A DNA stretch of 64,000 nucleotides from Octopus sinensis (GCF_006345805.1 NC_043010.1:12648001-12712000); one strand, 5' to 3'; shown: positions 36,019 to 49,391, counted from the first letter of the stretch. A program made the numbers and translations. The notes: a model not told the origin generated them from the sequence alone.

Positions 36019-36600
36019 TTGGGTTTATATTAACCAGATTCACTTGTAAGGGATTAGTCAGCCTAGGGCTATTGTAGAAGACACTTGCCCAAGGTACCAT
36101 GTAGTGGGACTGAACCCAAAACCATGTGAGTGTGAAGCAATTTTTTTTTTTTTATTATTATTCTAACTAGATTAACAAACAGTAAACAGATTCATGGATT
36201 AAAAATTCAAATCCCGATTTAGGAACACTCCTTTAGTATTTCTCAATGTATCATCCATTCCATTATTTGAAGAGAGGCAATACTTATGCCATTCACATCA
36301 TAAGAATTTATAAACTTTCGAGAGAAGAACGTGGGATAAGTCTTGTTTGGAACTGGATCCAAATCCACATAGAAAGCTACAAGGTAATATTTATCTCCCA
36401 CTAAAAGTGGATGTTGTATTAGATCACAGAATAACATGTTATTTGCCATGAAAGGAGCTCTAATATGGTCTTGCGGTGCCTATAAGCACTTGTGTTTTAG
36501 TGAGAGACAAGTATTATCTTTTGGTGCTGTAGCAATCCTCACTGTTTGAGAAGAACATTAGGAATGATCTTGTTTGAGATTACAACCATCTTTGGCTAGT

Positions 36601-37199
36601 TTAACCCTCTTGTGTCCACGGATCTGATTGGTTAGCATTTAAGCACGATCTGACCCTCTACTTAATTCGCGCCAGTGTGTAAACTGACCAATCACGGCTT
36701 TTGGATAGGATCTTTCAATTGAGCCATTTTCACTCCATAAATAGGCTAGTAATGGTTTGGTGTCCTTTATTCATTTCCTTTGGCACTGTATAATATATTT
36801 ATGTATTATGGCTTATATTATTATGTTATGTTAGGATGCGGCCGTGCGGCATACAGTGCTAATACTGCTCCATGGAGGAAGGATGTCACCAGAAGAGAGG
36901 GCAAGTGAGGGACCAAAAGGGGGAAGAAATGATGTAATTTCAAGAAGTGACAGGTTCAAATACTTCCTTTCTTATGGGGTCTTCAACAAAGTTAAGGCAT
37001 GCACTGGGACCAAGCATACAGTAGTAGTCCTTACTGGCTCAACAGTAGCTTGCTGTGGATAACTTACACATTGTTTACATCTGTGAGGTCTTGCTGGTTT
37101 TCCTGTGATCCAACGCTTTGAGGGATTGCTGCTGGAACTCAAGGTAAGAGCAATCTTTATTTCATGCCTTACAACAACATGCTTCTGTCACTTTAATTA
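36601..37199 (-). mobile_element. Possible piggyBac-like transposase 3' relic and right terminus
   Basis: TTAA|CCCTC at 36601. Minus-strand frames give KDCSYLEFQQ, RPHRCKQC and DYYCMLGPSACL, resembling a piggyBac Cys-rich tail; frameshifted. Confidence 0.4.
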
Positions 37200-37725
37200 T
37201 CTATATATATATATAAACGGCAAAATGTCTGTGTGTGTGTGTCCTTTATACAAATCCACATACACTGTTCACTTTCCAGACATTTGTACATTACTGCATA
37301 CACTTTATACGCACTTTTGACAAGTTGTGGTGCACCTAAACACTGTATACAATAATTTCATTATCTCTATATATAAATGGCAAAATGTCTGTGTGTGTGT
37401 CCTTTATACAAATCCACAATTTTTCAGTTAGAAGGCTTGCACTTTCTATGGTCATTCAAAACTGTCCTAGGGTGGTCGTGCATATCCTTACATTTCCCCA
37501 GTCACTCTGCAAAGCCATTAAAAAATCAATAGAAGTAACTTTTTTGTGAATTTTCTATCCAAAACCCAATCAAAATGCCTGAAACTTGATACACCAATTG
37601 AAAGCGAGCTAGCTGTATGTGATTGGTTGGAGATTTGGACAGTACTCGCGTGTATGTGCACACGCACGCAGCTGTATATGCATGCACTAGCACTATGACC
37701 TGGCAACGCCGGGTCATAATGCTAG
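37200..37725 (+). mobile_element. Non-autonomous Helitron with duplicated 5' end
   Basis: A|TCTATATATATATATAAACGGCAAAATGTCTG at 37200 and a second TC start at 37364; 3' hairpin tatgacc-tggcaacgccg-ggtcata then CTAG|T (37722-37726). Confidence 0.88.
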
Positions 37726-38469
37726 TTTGTATATAAAGCTATAAATAATAGAGTCTAAATATTGGGTTGAAAATCCTTTGTGGACAGGAAAAGTTGAAGG
37801 CTACTCATGGGACTCAAACCCACATATTCTGACATTTTTTTTGATGATGGCTGGTCTCATTTAAGGAAAATGTTTGCTGTTTTTTTGTTTTTTTTTGTAA
37901 CCTCAGGGTCCTGGTTTCTATTCATGATCAATCCACCATAGCCTTGGACAGAGGCATATTAGCAGAAATAAAGCTCCCTGGGCAAATTAATGCACTGGGT
38001 CCTGTAGTATTCATTTATTGACTGTAAGGCACAGAATACATGGATCAGAATTGGATCCCTAGACCTGTGAAGCCCTTGGGCAGCTGCCCAGTGTGTCCAT
38101 GCCTTAAGATAGCCTTGGCCTTGGGTCAAAATTAAATTTCATGGTTATTCATGGTGCAGCCTTCTGGCTTCCCAGATCCCCGGTCGAACCGTCCAACCCA
38201 TGCTAGCATGGAGAACGGACGTTAAACGATGATGATGGTGATGATGATTCCAGTAATGATTATAAATATTTACCTAAAAAATAAAATTGGTATTTTCTGC
38301 AGGTCACATTGCCTCAGTTAACATGATATATTTCAACAAAAATTAGTTTTAAGCATAACATTCTTCAATGAAAGATAGATTGGTATAAAAATCTGCTTTC
38401 CACAGTTAAGGGTAATAAAATTTTTAGAGGAAATATCTGATTTCTGCAGTAAAAGGGCTTAAGCAGAAA

Positions 38470-38895
38470 GTAGAGATTTCACTTGAGGAGACCTCTCCCT
38501 GTGCTTGAGGAGACCTATTGAGTCAAGTACATCAACATCAAAAATAAATGGAAATTGTAGTTGTGACACCTGTGCCGGTGGCACGTAAAAAGCACCATTC
38601 GAACATGGCCGATGCCAGTGCCACCTTGACTGGCTTCCGTACCAGTGGCACGTAAAAAAACACCAACCGATCGTGGCCGTTGCCAGCCTCGCCTGGCACC
38701 TGTGCCAGTGGCGCGTAAAAAGCACCCACTATGCTCACAGAGTGGCTGGCGTTAGGAAGGGCATCCAGCTGTAGAAACACTGCCAGATCAGACTGGAACC
38801 TGGTGCAGCCCTCTGGCCTCCCAGACCCCGGTCGAACCATCCAACCCATGCTAGCACGGAAAACGGACATTAAACGATGATTATAATGATGATGA
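38470..38895 (+). mobile_element. RTE-like 3' portion (another partial at ~38150-38245)
   Basis: Family similarity. Confidence 0.8.
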
Positions 38896-39377
38896 CAGCC
38901 AGTTATAACAGGTTAATAATTTAGAGAAAGTATTATTCTACATAAACTTTCTTCATAACTGTTTATTTATTTATTTTATATATGTTTTACAACTTTTCTT
39001 CCTATGTTAATAAAGGGAGAAAGCTTTTGAAAAGTGAGATAAATTTGCATATATTATTCACCCATTTATTTTTCACAACGAAATTCCCTTACCGCTTACA
39101 ACTCAAGTCATAAAGAGAACTTGCTGACCAGACAAAGACAAGCAGAGTTATGTGCCTTTGTGGAAAGCTAAAACAATAGCTATTGTATTAAAGAGATTGA
39201 GTATTTAATAGTTCCAGTAAGATAATCTCACAACTCTGAAGTAGAAAACATTTTAGGCAATTAATGTCACAACTATGGGTGATAATTATCAGGGTTAGAA
39301 TACTCTTATTACATATCCATATTAGAATATGGCAATCTTTTCAAATAGCATATTTGATTTTATGAGTTCCTCTCTGT

Positions 39378-39614
39378 AATAGAATGGTTGTATACTGTCA
39401 ATTCAATGTGACAGTAGGGGATTACATCACTGCTGTTTAGCCCTAGGAAGCATCGACGCTTCCTGCAGGCTTCGACACATTTTTTTTTTCCAAAAAAAAA
39501 AGAGAAAAAAAATGTGTCGAAGCCGGCAGGAAGCGTCGATGCTTCCTAGGGCTAAACAGCAGTGATGTAATCCCCTACTGTCACATTGAATTGACAGTAT
39601 ACAACCATTCTATT
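39378..39614. repeat. Near-perfect palindrome (110-bp arms, 1 mismatch, 17-nt spacer)
   Basis: Arms 39378-39487 and 39505-39614; arm is homologous to 1580-1690. Confidence 0.97.
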
Positions 39615-39664
39615 GCCCCCACCACCATACATATCTCTATGAGATATTTAGAAATTTAATATCT

Positions 39665-39872
39665 ACTCTTTTACTTGTTTCAGTCAAGTGACTCTGGCCA
39701 TACTGGAGCACCGCCTTTAGTCGATCAAATTGACCCCAGGACTTATTCTTTGTAAGACTAGTACTTATTTTATGGGTCTCTTTTTTGCCGAACCGCTAAG
39801 TTACAGGGACGTAAACACACCAGCATCGGTTGTCAAGCGATGTTGGGGGAACAAACACAGACACACAAACAT

Positions 39873-39926
<54 letters not shown>

Positions 39927-40050
39927 GACGGGCTTTGGTCGGCCCGAGGCTACAGTAGAAGACACTTGCCCAAGGTGCCACGCAGTGGGACTGAACCTGG
40001 AACCATGTGGTTCATAAGCAAGCTACTTACCACACAGCCACTCCTATGCC
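39665..40050 (-). mobile_element. SINE family A
   Basis: Family similarity. Confidence 0.85.
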
Positions 40051-40127
40051 TATCTCTGTAATAAATACAACTAAAATAGGCAACTAACACCATCCTCTGA
40101 GGTAACATCTCCAATATCCCACCCATG

Positions 40128-41508
40128 GGTTTTGTGTGTGTATGTGTGTGTCTGTGTCTGTCTGTGTGTGTGCATGTATGTACATGTGTGCGTGTGTGTA
40201 TATATATGTGCATGTGTGTGTGTGTGCATGTGTATATGCACATGTGCATGTGTTTGCATCTGTATGCGCATGTGTGTATGTGAATTCATGCATGTGTGTG
40301 TGCATGTGTGTATGTGTTTGTGTGTGTGTGGGCATGTGTGTGTGCGTGCATGTGTGTTTGAGCATGTGTGTGTATGTGTATGTGTGTGTGAGCATGTGTG
40401 TGTGAGCATGTGTGTGTACATGTGTGTGTGCGCGCATGCGTGTGTGTATATGTGTGCATATGTATGTGTGCGCATGTGTTCCTGTGTGTGTGTGCATATG
40501 TGCATGTGTGTATGTATGTGTGTGTACATGTGTGCATGTGTGTGTGCATGTGTGTGTGCATGTGTATATGCATATGTGCATGTGTTTGCATCTGTATGTG
40601 CATGTGTGTATGTGAATTCATGTGTGTATGTGTGTGTGCATGTGTGTATGTGTTTGTGTGTATGTGGGCATGTGTGTGTGAGCATGTGTGTGTATGTGCA
40701 TGTGTGTGTGCATGTGTACATGTGTGTGTGCATGCATGTGTATATGCGTGCATATGTATGTGTGTGCATGTGTACCTGTGTGTGTGCATATGTGCATGTG
40801 TGTGTACATGTGTATATGCATATGTGCACGCGTTTGCATATGTATGTGCATGTATGTATGTGAATTCATGTGTGTGTGTATGTGTTTGTGTGTGTGGGGG
40901 CATGTGTGTGCATGCATGTGTGTGTGAGCATGTGTGTGTGCATGTGTATATGCATATGTGCATGTGTTTGCATCTGTATGTGCATGTGTGTATGTGAATT
41001 CATGTGTGTATGTGTGTGTGCATGTGTGTATGTGTTTGTGTGTGTGTGGGCATGTGTGTGTATGTGCATGTGTGTGTGCATGTGTACATGTGTGTGTGCA
41101 TGCATGTGTATATGCGTGCATATGTATGTGTGTGCATGTGTACCTGTGTGTGTGCATATGTGCATGTGTGGGTATATGTGTGCATGTGTGTGTACATGTG
41201 TATATGCATATGTGCACGCGTTTGCATATGTATGTGCATGTATGTATGTGAATTCATGTGTGTGTGTATGTGTTTGTGTGTGTGGGGGCATGTGTGTGCA
41301 TGCATGTGTGTGTGAGCATGTGTGTGTGCATGTGTGTGAGCATGTGTGTGTGCATGAGTGTGTGTGCATGTGTACATGGGTGTGTGTGTGTATATGTGTG
41401 CATGTGTGTATGCATGTGTGGGTACATGTGTCTGTGTGTGTGTGTGTGTGTGCGCATGTGCATGTGCACACGTGTGTGTGCATGTGTTTGTGTGTGTTTG
41501 TGTGTGTT
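40128..41508. repeat. ~1.4 kb compound (TG)/(CATG)/(TATG) purine-pyrimidine-alternating tract
   Basis: Direct reading; recurring GTGAATTCATG landmarks indicate internal duplications. Confidence 0.95.
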
Positions 41509-42265
41509 CCACCTTATCTTGAGATTGTATGATTGTTATATATGAATATCGTGGCCACACAAGCTGTATAATTTGTTTCTAGTCCTCCCTGAAAACTTGT
41601 TGGATCAGGGGAAAATATTACCTCACTTTGAAACCAGTGAGGGCACCTGGCCAGAGAAAATCTCTCTCACAAAATTCTGTCTGTCCCATGTAAGCAATGA
41701 TGATGATGATGTTGATATATAATTATGATGATGATCCTTGTTTAATTTCTTTCTTTCTCTCCATAATTCTCTCAAAGTGGTTCACAAGTAGCTAAGCTAT
41801 ATCAGAACCTGTAGAAAAACTTCCATCTCTATCTCCACCAACAAGGTGGCTTTTGTCCACCACCATCTGCCTCTTGAATTGTTCTCATACATTTTGGCCC
41901 CTTGACTAAAGAATTTCCTGACCCTCAATTAGTGCACTCTAGATCTAACTTCAACAAATTTTCTCACCAAATTTTCCAACCATTTCTCTCTCTACAGGGA
42001 ATTTATCTCATTGCGATGTGTGTCTTATGTTATCTTATGTATCTTACACATGTCTCATACTTTGAAAGGGCCACTTCTCTGATCCCACCTACTGTTAACC
42101 GACTGCTCTCATTTTGATTTCATCAAATGTAACAGAATCAGATGTAAACAATCATCTTCTCACCAATATCTCGAGCGCCTCCCGTTTCTCAAAGACTACC
42201 GGCACAGCTTCCATTGAGCCACATTTACCAGGAACTTACTCTCCTATGTCATTCAGCAGTCAGTG

Positions 42266-42566
42266 GAAGCACATGGCCTAGTGGTTAGAGCAGCGGACTC
42301 GCGGTCGAGGGATCGCGGGTCCGAATCTCAGACCGGGCGATGTGTGTGTTTATGAGCGAAACACCTAAGCTCCACGCGGCTCCGGCAGAAGGTAATAGCA
42401 AAACTTCTGCTGACTCTTTCGCCACAACTTTCTCTCACTCTTTCCTCCTGCATCTTGCAGATCACCTGCGACGGACCGGCGTCCCGTCCAGGTGGGGAAC
42501 CTATACGCCAAGGAAACCGGGAAACCGGCCCTTATGAGCCAGACATGGCTCGAGAAGGAACAAACA
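42266..42566 (+). mobile_element. tRNA-derived SINE family E (CpG-rich, apparently young)
   Basis: tggcctagtggttagagc...gggtccgaatctc; related head at 54867. Confidence 0.8.
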
Positions 42567-42659
42567 TTCAGCAGTACCGTTTCACTTCTGCTGGGAAGCT
42601 CAGCGAAAGCATTGTTGTTGCACTCACCATCAGCAAAACATTTGATTGTGTCTAGAATG

Positions 42660-42670
42660 TGAACCACTCC

Positions 42671-42704
<34 letters not shown>

Positions 42705-42750
42705 TCATCCTCATCAACATCATCATCATCATCATCAACACCATCATCAA

Positions 42751-42782
<32 letters not shown>

Positions 42783-42804
42783 ACATCATCATCATCATCA
42801 TCAA

Positions 42805-42835
<31 letters not shown>

Positions 42836-42840
42836 GTCAA

Positions 42841-42884
<44 letters not shown>

Positions 42885-42950
42885 CCGTCGTCGTCGTCAT
42901 CATCATCGTTGTTTAATATCCATTTTCTATGCATGCATGGGTAGGATGGT
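42660..42950 (-). repeat. Expanded (CAT)n tail plus RTE-like 3' end
   Basis: Direct reading. Confidence 0.85.
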
Positions 42951-43344
42951 TGACAGGAGCTCGCTTATTATCTTCGCTCAACTCTCATCTCAACTTTTTT
43001 GACAGATAATGTCACAAGAACACCTGTGCAAACAAAGGGTGCTGTACATACAATTTATCAACTCCGGTGTGTGGAGAATCAACTGAAGTACTGGTACTTT
43101 ATTTATCAACCCCCTCCCCAAAAAAAAATATATGAAAAGACTAAGACTGACATTGAGAAGATTTGAACTCAGGGTGTAGAAAACCAAGATTGAACCCTGC
43201 AAGATTATTCTAACCAATGATCGAGTGACTCTAACAACTTGGCACCTTGACCCTCAAACTTGAAACTACTAACTAATAAAACTGAGAAGTTTCTCATAAG
43301 CTGAAATATATATAGAAAAAAATAACAAAAGAAATAAAGCAAGC

Positions 43345-43523
43345 ATTGTCATCATCATCACCACCACCACCACTATCATCATCATCACCACTACCATCAT
43401 CATCATCATCACCATCATCACCATCATCATCATCACCACCACCACCATCATCATCATCGTCGTCGTCATCGTCATCATCATTACAATCATAATCATCATC
43501 ATCGTCGTCGTCGTCGTCATCAG

Positions 43524-43575
<52 letters not shown>

Positions 43576-43628
43576 GTCATCATCATTACAATCATAATCA
43601 TCATCATCGTCGTCGTCGTCGTCATCAG

Positions 43629-43684
<56 letters not shown>

Positions 43685-43703
43685 CAATCATCATCATCAT
43701 CAT
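43345..43703. repeat. Compound (CAT/CGT/CAC)n tract with internal duplication
   Basis: cattacaatcataatcatc landmark occurs twice. Confidence 0.85.
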
Positions 43704-43796
43704 TGCCTAGGTCAGACAGAATTCTGTGAGGCAGATATTCTATGGTCAGATGTCCTTACTAGTTTCTAAGTGAGGCATTGTTTCCTTCCCTATAAG

Positions 43797-43990
43797 GCAG
43801 CGAGCTGGCAGAAACGTTAGCACGCCGGGCGAAATGCTTAGCGGTATTTCGTCTGTCTGTATGTTCTGAGTTTAAATTCCACCAAGCTTGACTTTACCTT
43901 TCATCCTTTCAGGGTCGAAAACTTAAGTACCAGTTGCATACTGGGGTCGATCTAATCAACTGGACCCCTCCCCAAAAATTTCAGGCCTTG
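43797..43990 (+). mobile_element. SINE family B variant
   Basis: Family similarity. Confidence 0.8.
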
Positions 43991-44204
43991 GGACATGTTT
44001 GCAGGGAAGGCAGGAAACATATTACATATCTTGTATGACAGTGACATCTGTATGTAACTATCACATAAAGGAAAGGAGGCAAACACACATGCATGCAAGC
44101 ACACACACACACACACACACACCACATACACACACATACACTCATACATATGCGTATCTGTGTGTACACATGACAGGCTTCTTTCAGTTTCCCTCTATCT
44201 TTTA

Positions 44205-44625
44205 TTCTTTTACTCTTTTATTTGTTTCAGTCATTTTGACTGCAGCCATGCTGAAGCACCACCTTTAGTTGAGCAAATCAACCCCCAGGACCTATTCTTT
44301 GTAAGCCTAGTACTTATTCTATCGGTCTCTTATGCCGAACTGCTAAGTTACAGGGACATAAACACACCAGCATCAATGTCAAGCGATGTTGGGGGACAGA
44401 CACACACAAACATATACACACAAACATATACACAAACATACATATATATACACATATATACGACAGGCTTCTTTCAGTTTCCGTCTACCAAATCCACTCA
44501 CAAGGCTTTGGTCGGCCCGAGGCTATAGCAGAAGACACTTGCCCAAGGTGCCATGCAGTGGGACTGAACCTGGAACCATGTGGTTGGTTAGCAAGCTACT
44601 TACCACACAGCCACTCCTGCGCCTA
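44205..44625 (-). mobile_element. SINE family A
   Basis: Family similarity. Confidence 0.85.
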
Positions 44626-44902
44626 TCTTTTCACTGGCTTTAATTTAAATTCCTATATCAGATCCTTCATTCTTTTGTTACACTTTATAAAGACATTTTC
44701 ACTTCATGTTTAATTTGACACCAACACAAAAATGAAAATAATAAAAAATATGAAAATTGAAATATAAACATTTTATGATACTTAATCCCCAATAAAATAG
44801 ATTTATTTCAATACAACTGTCTATGATACCAGCATACTGATAATAATGTAACAACATTATATAAAAAGTTACAGCACAAAGATTTCTGTCATAACATAAT
44901 AC

Positions 44903-45119
44903 TCTTTACTCTTTTACTTGTTTCAGTCATTTGACTGTGGCCATGCTGGAGCACCGCCTTTAGTCGAGCAACTCGACCCCGGGACTTATTCTTTTGTAAG
45001 CCCAGTACTTATTCTATCGGTCTCTTTTGCCGAACCGCTAAGTAACGGGGGACATAAACACACCAGCATCGGTTGTCAAGCAATGCTAGGGGGATAAACA
45101 CAGACACACAAACACACAC

Positions 45120-45156
<37 letters not shown>

Positions 45157-45316
45157 TACGACGGGCTTCTTTCAGTTTCCGTCAACCAAATTCACTCACA
45201 AGGATTTGGTCGGCCCAAGGCTATAGCAGAAGACACTTGCCCAAGATGCCACGCAGTGGGACTGAACCCGGAACCATGTGGTTGGCAGACAAGCTACTTA
45301 CCACACAGCCACTCCT
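44903..45316 (-). mobile_element. SINE family A
   Basis: Family similarity. Confidence 0.85.
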
Positions 45317-45394
45317 TCTTTGTGCTGTGCATGTACTTCTAGCTTCATGGCTGTCTTTCTTGACTTATGTGTCTGTTCTCTGTCTCTGCTTTAA

Positions 45395-45617
45395 CCCTTT
45401 CATTACCAACCCGGCTGAAACTGGCTCTGGCTCTTTAGTATAAATGTCTTGTTTACATAAGTTTTGAATTAAAATCTTCCACCAGACCTTTTAGTCACAA
45501 TTTATGTTCCTAACACTAGCTTAATGATAACTAAGTTATTTTACTAAATTCTTTGTTATATCTAAAATAATTGAGAGAAACACAGAGAATCTCAAAATAA
45601 ATACAGTAACAAAAGGG
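45395..45617. mobile_element. piggyBac-type (TTAA) MITE
   Basis: TTAA|CCCTTTCATTAC ... GTAACAAAAGGG|TAAA; imperfect TIR. Confidence 0.65.
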
Positions 45618-45678
45618 TAAAACTATTTTTTCCAATGAGCTGTTGTGATCATGAGCACTGTATATAATAAGGTCATTA

Positions 45679-45719
<41 letters not shown>

Positions 45720-45720
<1 letters not shown>

Positions 45721-46170
45721 CATGCCAGTGGCACATAAAAAGCACCATTCGAGTGTGATCATTACCAGCGTCGCCTTACTGGCACTTGTGCCCCATGCTA
45801 GTAAGGTGCTAAGAGCACCATCTGAGCGTGATCATTGCCAGAGCAGCTAACTGGCTTCTGTGCCGGTGGCATGTAGGAGGCACCATTCTAGCGGTATCGA
45901 TACAAGCATTGCCTTACTGGCATGTGTAAAAAAAAAAAATTCGAGCGAGGGCGTTGCCAGTACCACCTGACTGGCCCCCGTGCCAGACACGTAAAAGCAC
46001 CCACTACACTCACGGAGTGGTTGGCCTTAGAAAGGGCATCCAGCTGTAGAAACTCTGCCAGATCAAGACTGGAGCCTGGTGCAGCCATCTGGTTTGCCAG
46101 TCCTCAGTCAAACCGTCCAACCCATGCTAGCATGGAAAGCGGACGTTAAATGATGATGATGATGATTATT
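45720..46170 (+). mobile_element. RTE-like 3' portion
   Basis: Family similarity, GAT tail. Confidence 0.8.
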
Positions 46171-46554
46171 ATTATTATTATTATTATTATTGTTGTTGTT
46201 GTTGTTGTTGTTGTTGTTTTTTTTCCTTCTTTCTTCAAATTTTCTTCCGTTTCTCGCCGAGTGTTTTCCATACACCTAGGGCAGAGAAGCTCATTGTATG
46301 CATTCCCAGATTACACACGTAAATTCACAGGTAAAATAGGTATTTAAAAAAATAAATAAATAAATAAATAGATAAATTCATGAATGGATGTTGTTTTCAC
46401 AGCGATAATGCTCTCCTCGGTACATGAGTCGTTCCAGTTAACACGATTTTTTTGCACTTCCTGTAGGGATCATTTTCATTTAGGTTTCAGTACCTTTTTT
46501 TATCATTCCTAGAGATCCGACTGTAGTCGCCTTAAGATGCCACATTTTTTTTCA

Positions 46555-46680
46555 ATTTCTATTAGCAAGTCTTTATATTTACAGAACTTGTCTCAAATTC
46601 TTTCGCCGCTATATTGTGATCACAAAGAATACTCGTGTCAATTAATAAACAAACCTTTTTTGTCTGATCTTTTATTATTA
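46555..46680 (-). mobile_element. R4/Dong-like RLE fragment
   Basis: IKDQTKKVCLLIDTSILCDHNIAAKEFE. Confidence 0.6.
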
Positions 46681-46692
46681 TTATTATTATTA

Positions 46693-46730
<38 letters not shown>

Positions 46731-46732
46731 GG

Positions 46733-47215
46733 GTAGCGAGCTGGCAGAATCGTTAGCACAGTAGGCAAAATGCTTAGCATATTATGTTTGCAGCTAGATT
46801 CTGAGTTCAAATTCTGCCGAGATCAGTTTTGCCTTTCATCCATCCAGGGTCCATAAAGTTAGTACCATTTATGCACTGGGGTCGATGTAATTGACTTAAT
46901 CCCTTCCTCTAAATTTGAAGTAGTAGTAGTAGCAGTAGTAGTAGTCATCGTCGTCGTCTTCGTCGTTGTGGTGGTGGGTTGTGGTGGCAGTAGCAGCTGT
47001 GGTAAGCCAGCAAGCTAGCAGAGTCATTAGCACACCAGGCAAAATGCTTAGCAACATTTCGTCCATCTTGACATTCCAAGATCAAATCTCACTGAGGCTG
47101 ACTTTGTTTTTCATACTTTCAGGGTCAATAAAATGAGTACCATTGGTGGGGGGTGATGTAAACAACTAACGTTCTCCCACAGATTACTGGCCTTGCGCCA
47201 AAATTTAAAATCGTA
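46733..47215 (+). mobile_element. Two diverged family B SINEs
   Basis: Heads at ~46733 and ~47005. Confidence 0.65.
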
Positions 47216-47273
47216 TTCAGAAATTTTCTGTTAATTATGCTGACGCTGTTTTCCAAAATTTTTTTCTTATCTC

Positions 47274-48688
47274 AGGCATATGAGTGGCTGTGTGGTAAGT
47301 AGCTTGCTTACCAATCACATGGTTCCGGGTTCAGTCCCACTGCATGACACCTTGGGCAAGTGTCTTCTACTATAGCCTCATGCCGACCAAAGCTTTGTGA
47401 GTGGATTTGGTAGACACAAACTGAAAGAAGCCTGTCATATATATATATTCTTTCATTTATTCATATACAACACACGAATTTCTGCACAAGAACCCGGAGT
47501 TTCTACCCTTGACAGGTCGCTTCAACTGTATTTCTGTTGTGAATTTGCTACCCAGGTTTCGGTTAAACGAATTTTCCATGCTGACGATAAACATAGGATA
47601 ATTCATTCACCTACTTAAATATATATATATATTATATATATATATATATATATTATATACATATGTGTGTGTGTGTGTGTGTATGTGTGTGTGTATATGT
47701 TTGTGTGTCTGTGTTTGTCCCCCCCAACATTGCTTGACAACCGATGCTGGTGTGTTTATGTCCCTGTAACTTAGCGGTTCGGCAAAAAGAGACCAATAGA
47801 AGTAGAGTTTTTTCCCTTGGAAGGAAGCTGGAGAAACGGAATATCTACGTAGATAATAAATATAGTCGGAATGGTGGATGAATTGATAAATAAATAGATT
47901 AATTGAGAGATTTATTGATGGATAAATTAACAGCTGAACAGACCAAGAGACACGTGAATTAGACAGACAGATAAATGGATTAACCAAAGTGAAATGAAAA
48001 TAGCACAATGAAGGAGTGGCTGTGTGGTAAGTAGCTTGTTTACCAACCACATGGTTCTAGGTTCAGTCCCACTGCGTGGCATCTTGGGCAAGTTCTTCTA
48101 CGATAGCTTCGGGCCGACCAAAGCCTTGTGAGTGAATCTGGTAGACGGAAACTGAAAGAAGCCCGTCGTATATATGTATATATATAATATATATATAGCG
48201 TGGGTGGTGTGTTTGTGTGTCTGTGTTTGTCCCCCTAGCATTGCTTGACAACCGATGCTGGTGTTTTTATGTCCCCGTTACTTAGCGGTTCGGCAAAAGA
48301 GACCGATAGAATAAGTACTGGGCTTACAAAAGAATAAGTCCCGGGGTCGAGTTGCTCGATTAAAGTGGTACTCCAGCATGGCCGCAGTCAAATGACTGAA
48401 ACAAGTAAAAGAGTAAAAGAGTAAAGGGACGGCTAAATAGACACGAAGGTGGACGACCTACACCAGTTAATCTCTTCCCCCAAAATATTCTCTGGTCTTG
48501 TGTCTGACATCACAAGTAAATATCAATTCTCTTCTTCGTGGTAATCCCTTGATCTGGGTGAAATAGAAACTAAATGTAAGTACTAGGCTTACAGAGGATA
48601 AGTCGCTGGTTCGATTTGCTCGACTAAAAGGCGGTGCTCCAGCATGGCCGCAGTGAAATGACTGAAACAAGTAAGGAGTAAAGAGTAT
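47274..48688 (+). mobile_element. SINE family A split by insertions (47456-47605 and 47799-48575)
   Basis: Head at 47274-47455, middle at 47610-47800, tail at 48576-48688, all colinear with the consensus. Confidence 0.7.
47799..48575 (+). repeat. Local duplicate of 51409-52034 (~370 bp unique sequence), carrying its own SINE A (48012-48425)
   Basis: Colinear high similarity over agtagagttttttcccttgg...gaaatagaaactaaat. Confidence 0.9.
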
Positions 48689-48852
48689 CTCACATCCAAC
48701 AAAACCCCAGATTCCTCCATGTATTGTTAGTTGGAATGATGTGAAAAACAGTAGAAGAATTCAATAACGACACGAAATGACATCACTATGTAGATTTGAA
48801 TATGATAAATACTAAACCTGGAAAAAATCCCATTTATGAATTTTAAATGTTT

Positions 48853-49263
48853 TACTCTCTCTTTTACTCTCTTTTCCTTGTTTCAGTCATTTGACAGGCG
48901 GCCATGCTGGAGCACCGCCTTTAGTCGAGCAAATCGACCCCGGGACTTATTCCTTGTAAGCCCAGTACTTTTCTAATCGGTCTCTTTTGCCGAACCGCTA
49001 GTGACGGGGACGTAAACACACCAGCATCGGTTGTCAAGCCATGCTAGGGGACAACCACACACACACACAAACATATACATATAATTATATATATACATAT
49101 ATACGACAGGCTTCTTTCAGTTTCCGTCTACCAAATCCACTCACAAGGCATGGTCGGACCCGGGGCTTTAGCAGAAGACACTTGCCCAGATGCCACAGAT
49201 GGACTGAACCCAGAACCATGTGGTTGGTTAGCAAGCTACTTACCACACAGCCACTCCTGCGCT
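48853..49263 (-). mobile_element. SINE family A
   Basis: Family similarity. Confidence 0.85.
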
Positions 49264-49391
49264 TTCTTCAGCTAAACTTAACAAAACATAAATTTATATT
49301 CTGATTTATGTTAATTTTATTTCATTTCATTTTATTTTCACAAAAATAAAAAACAAACAAAGAAAGGCGTTCATGAAATGCTTTAATTATT

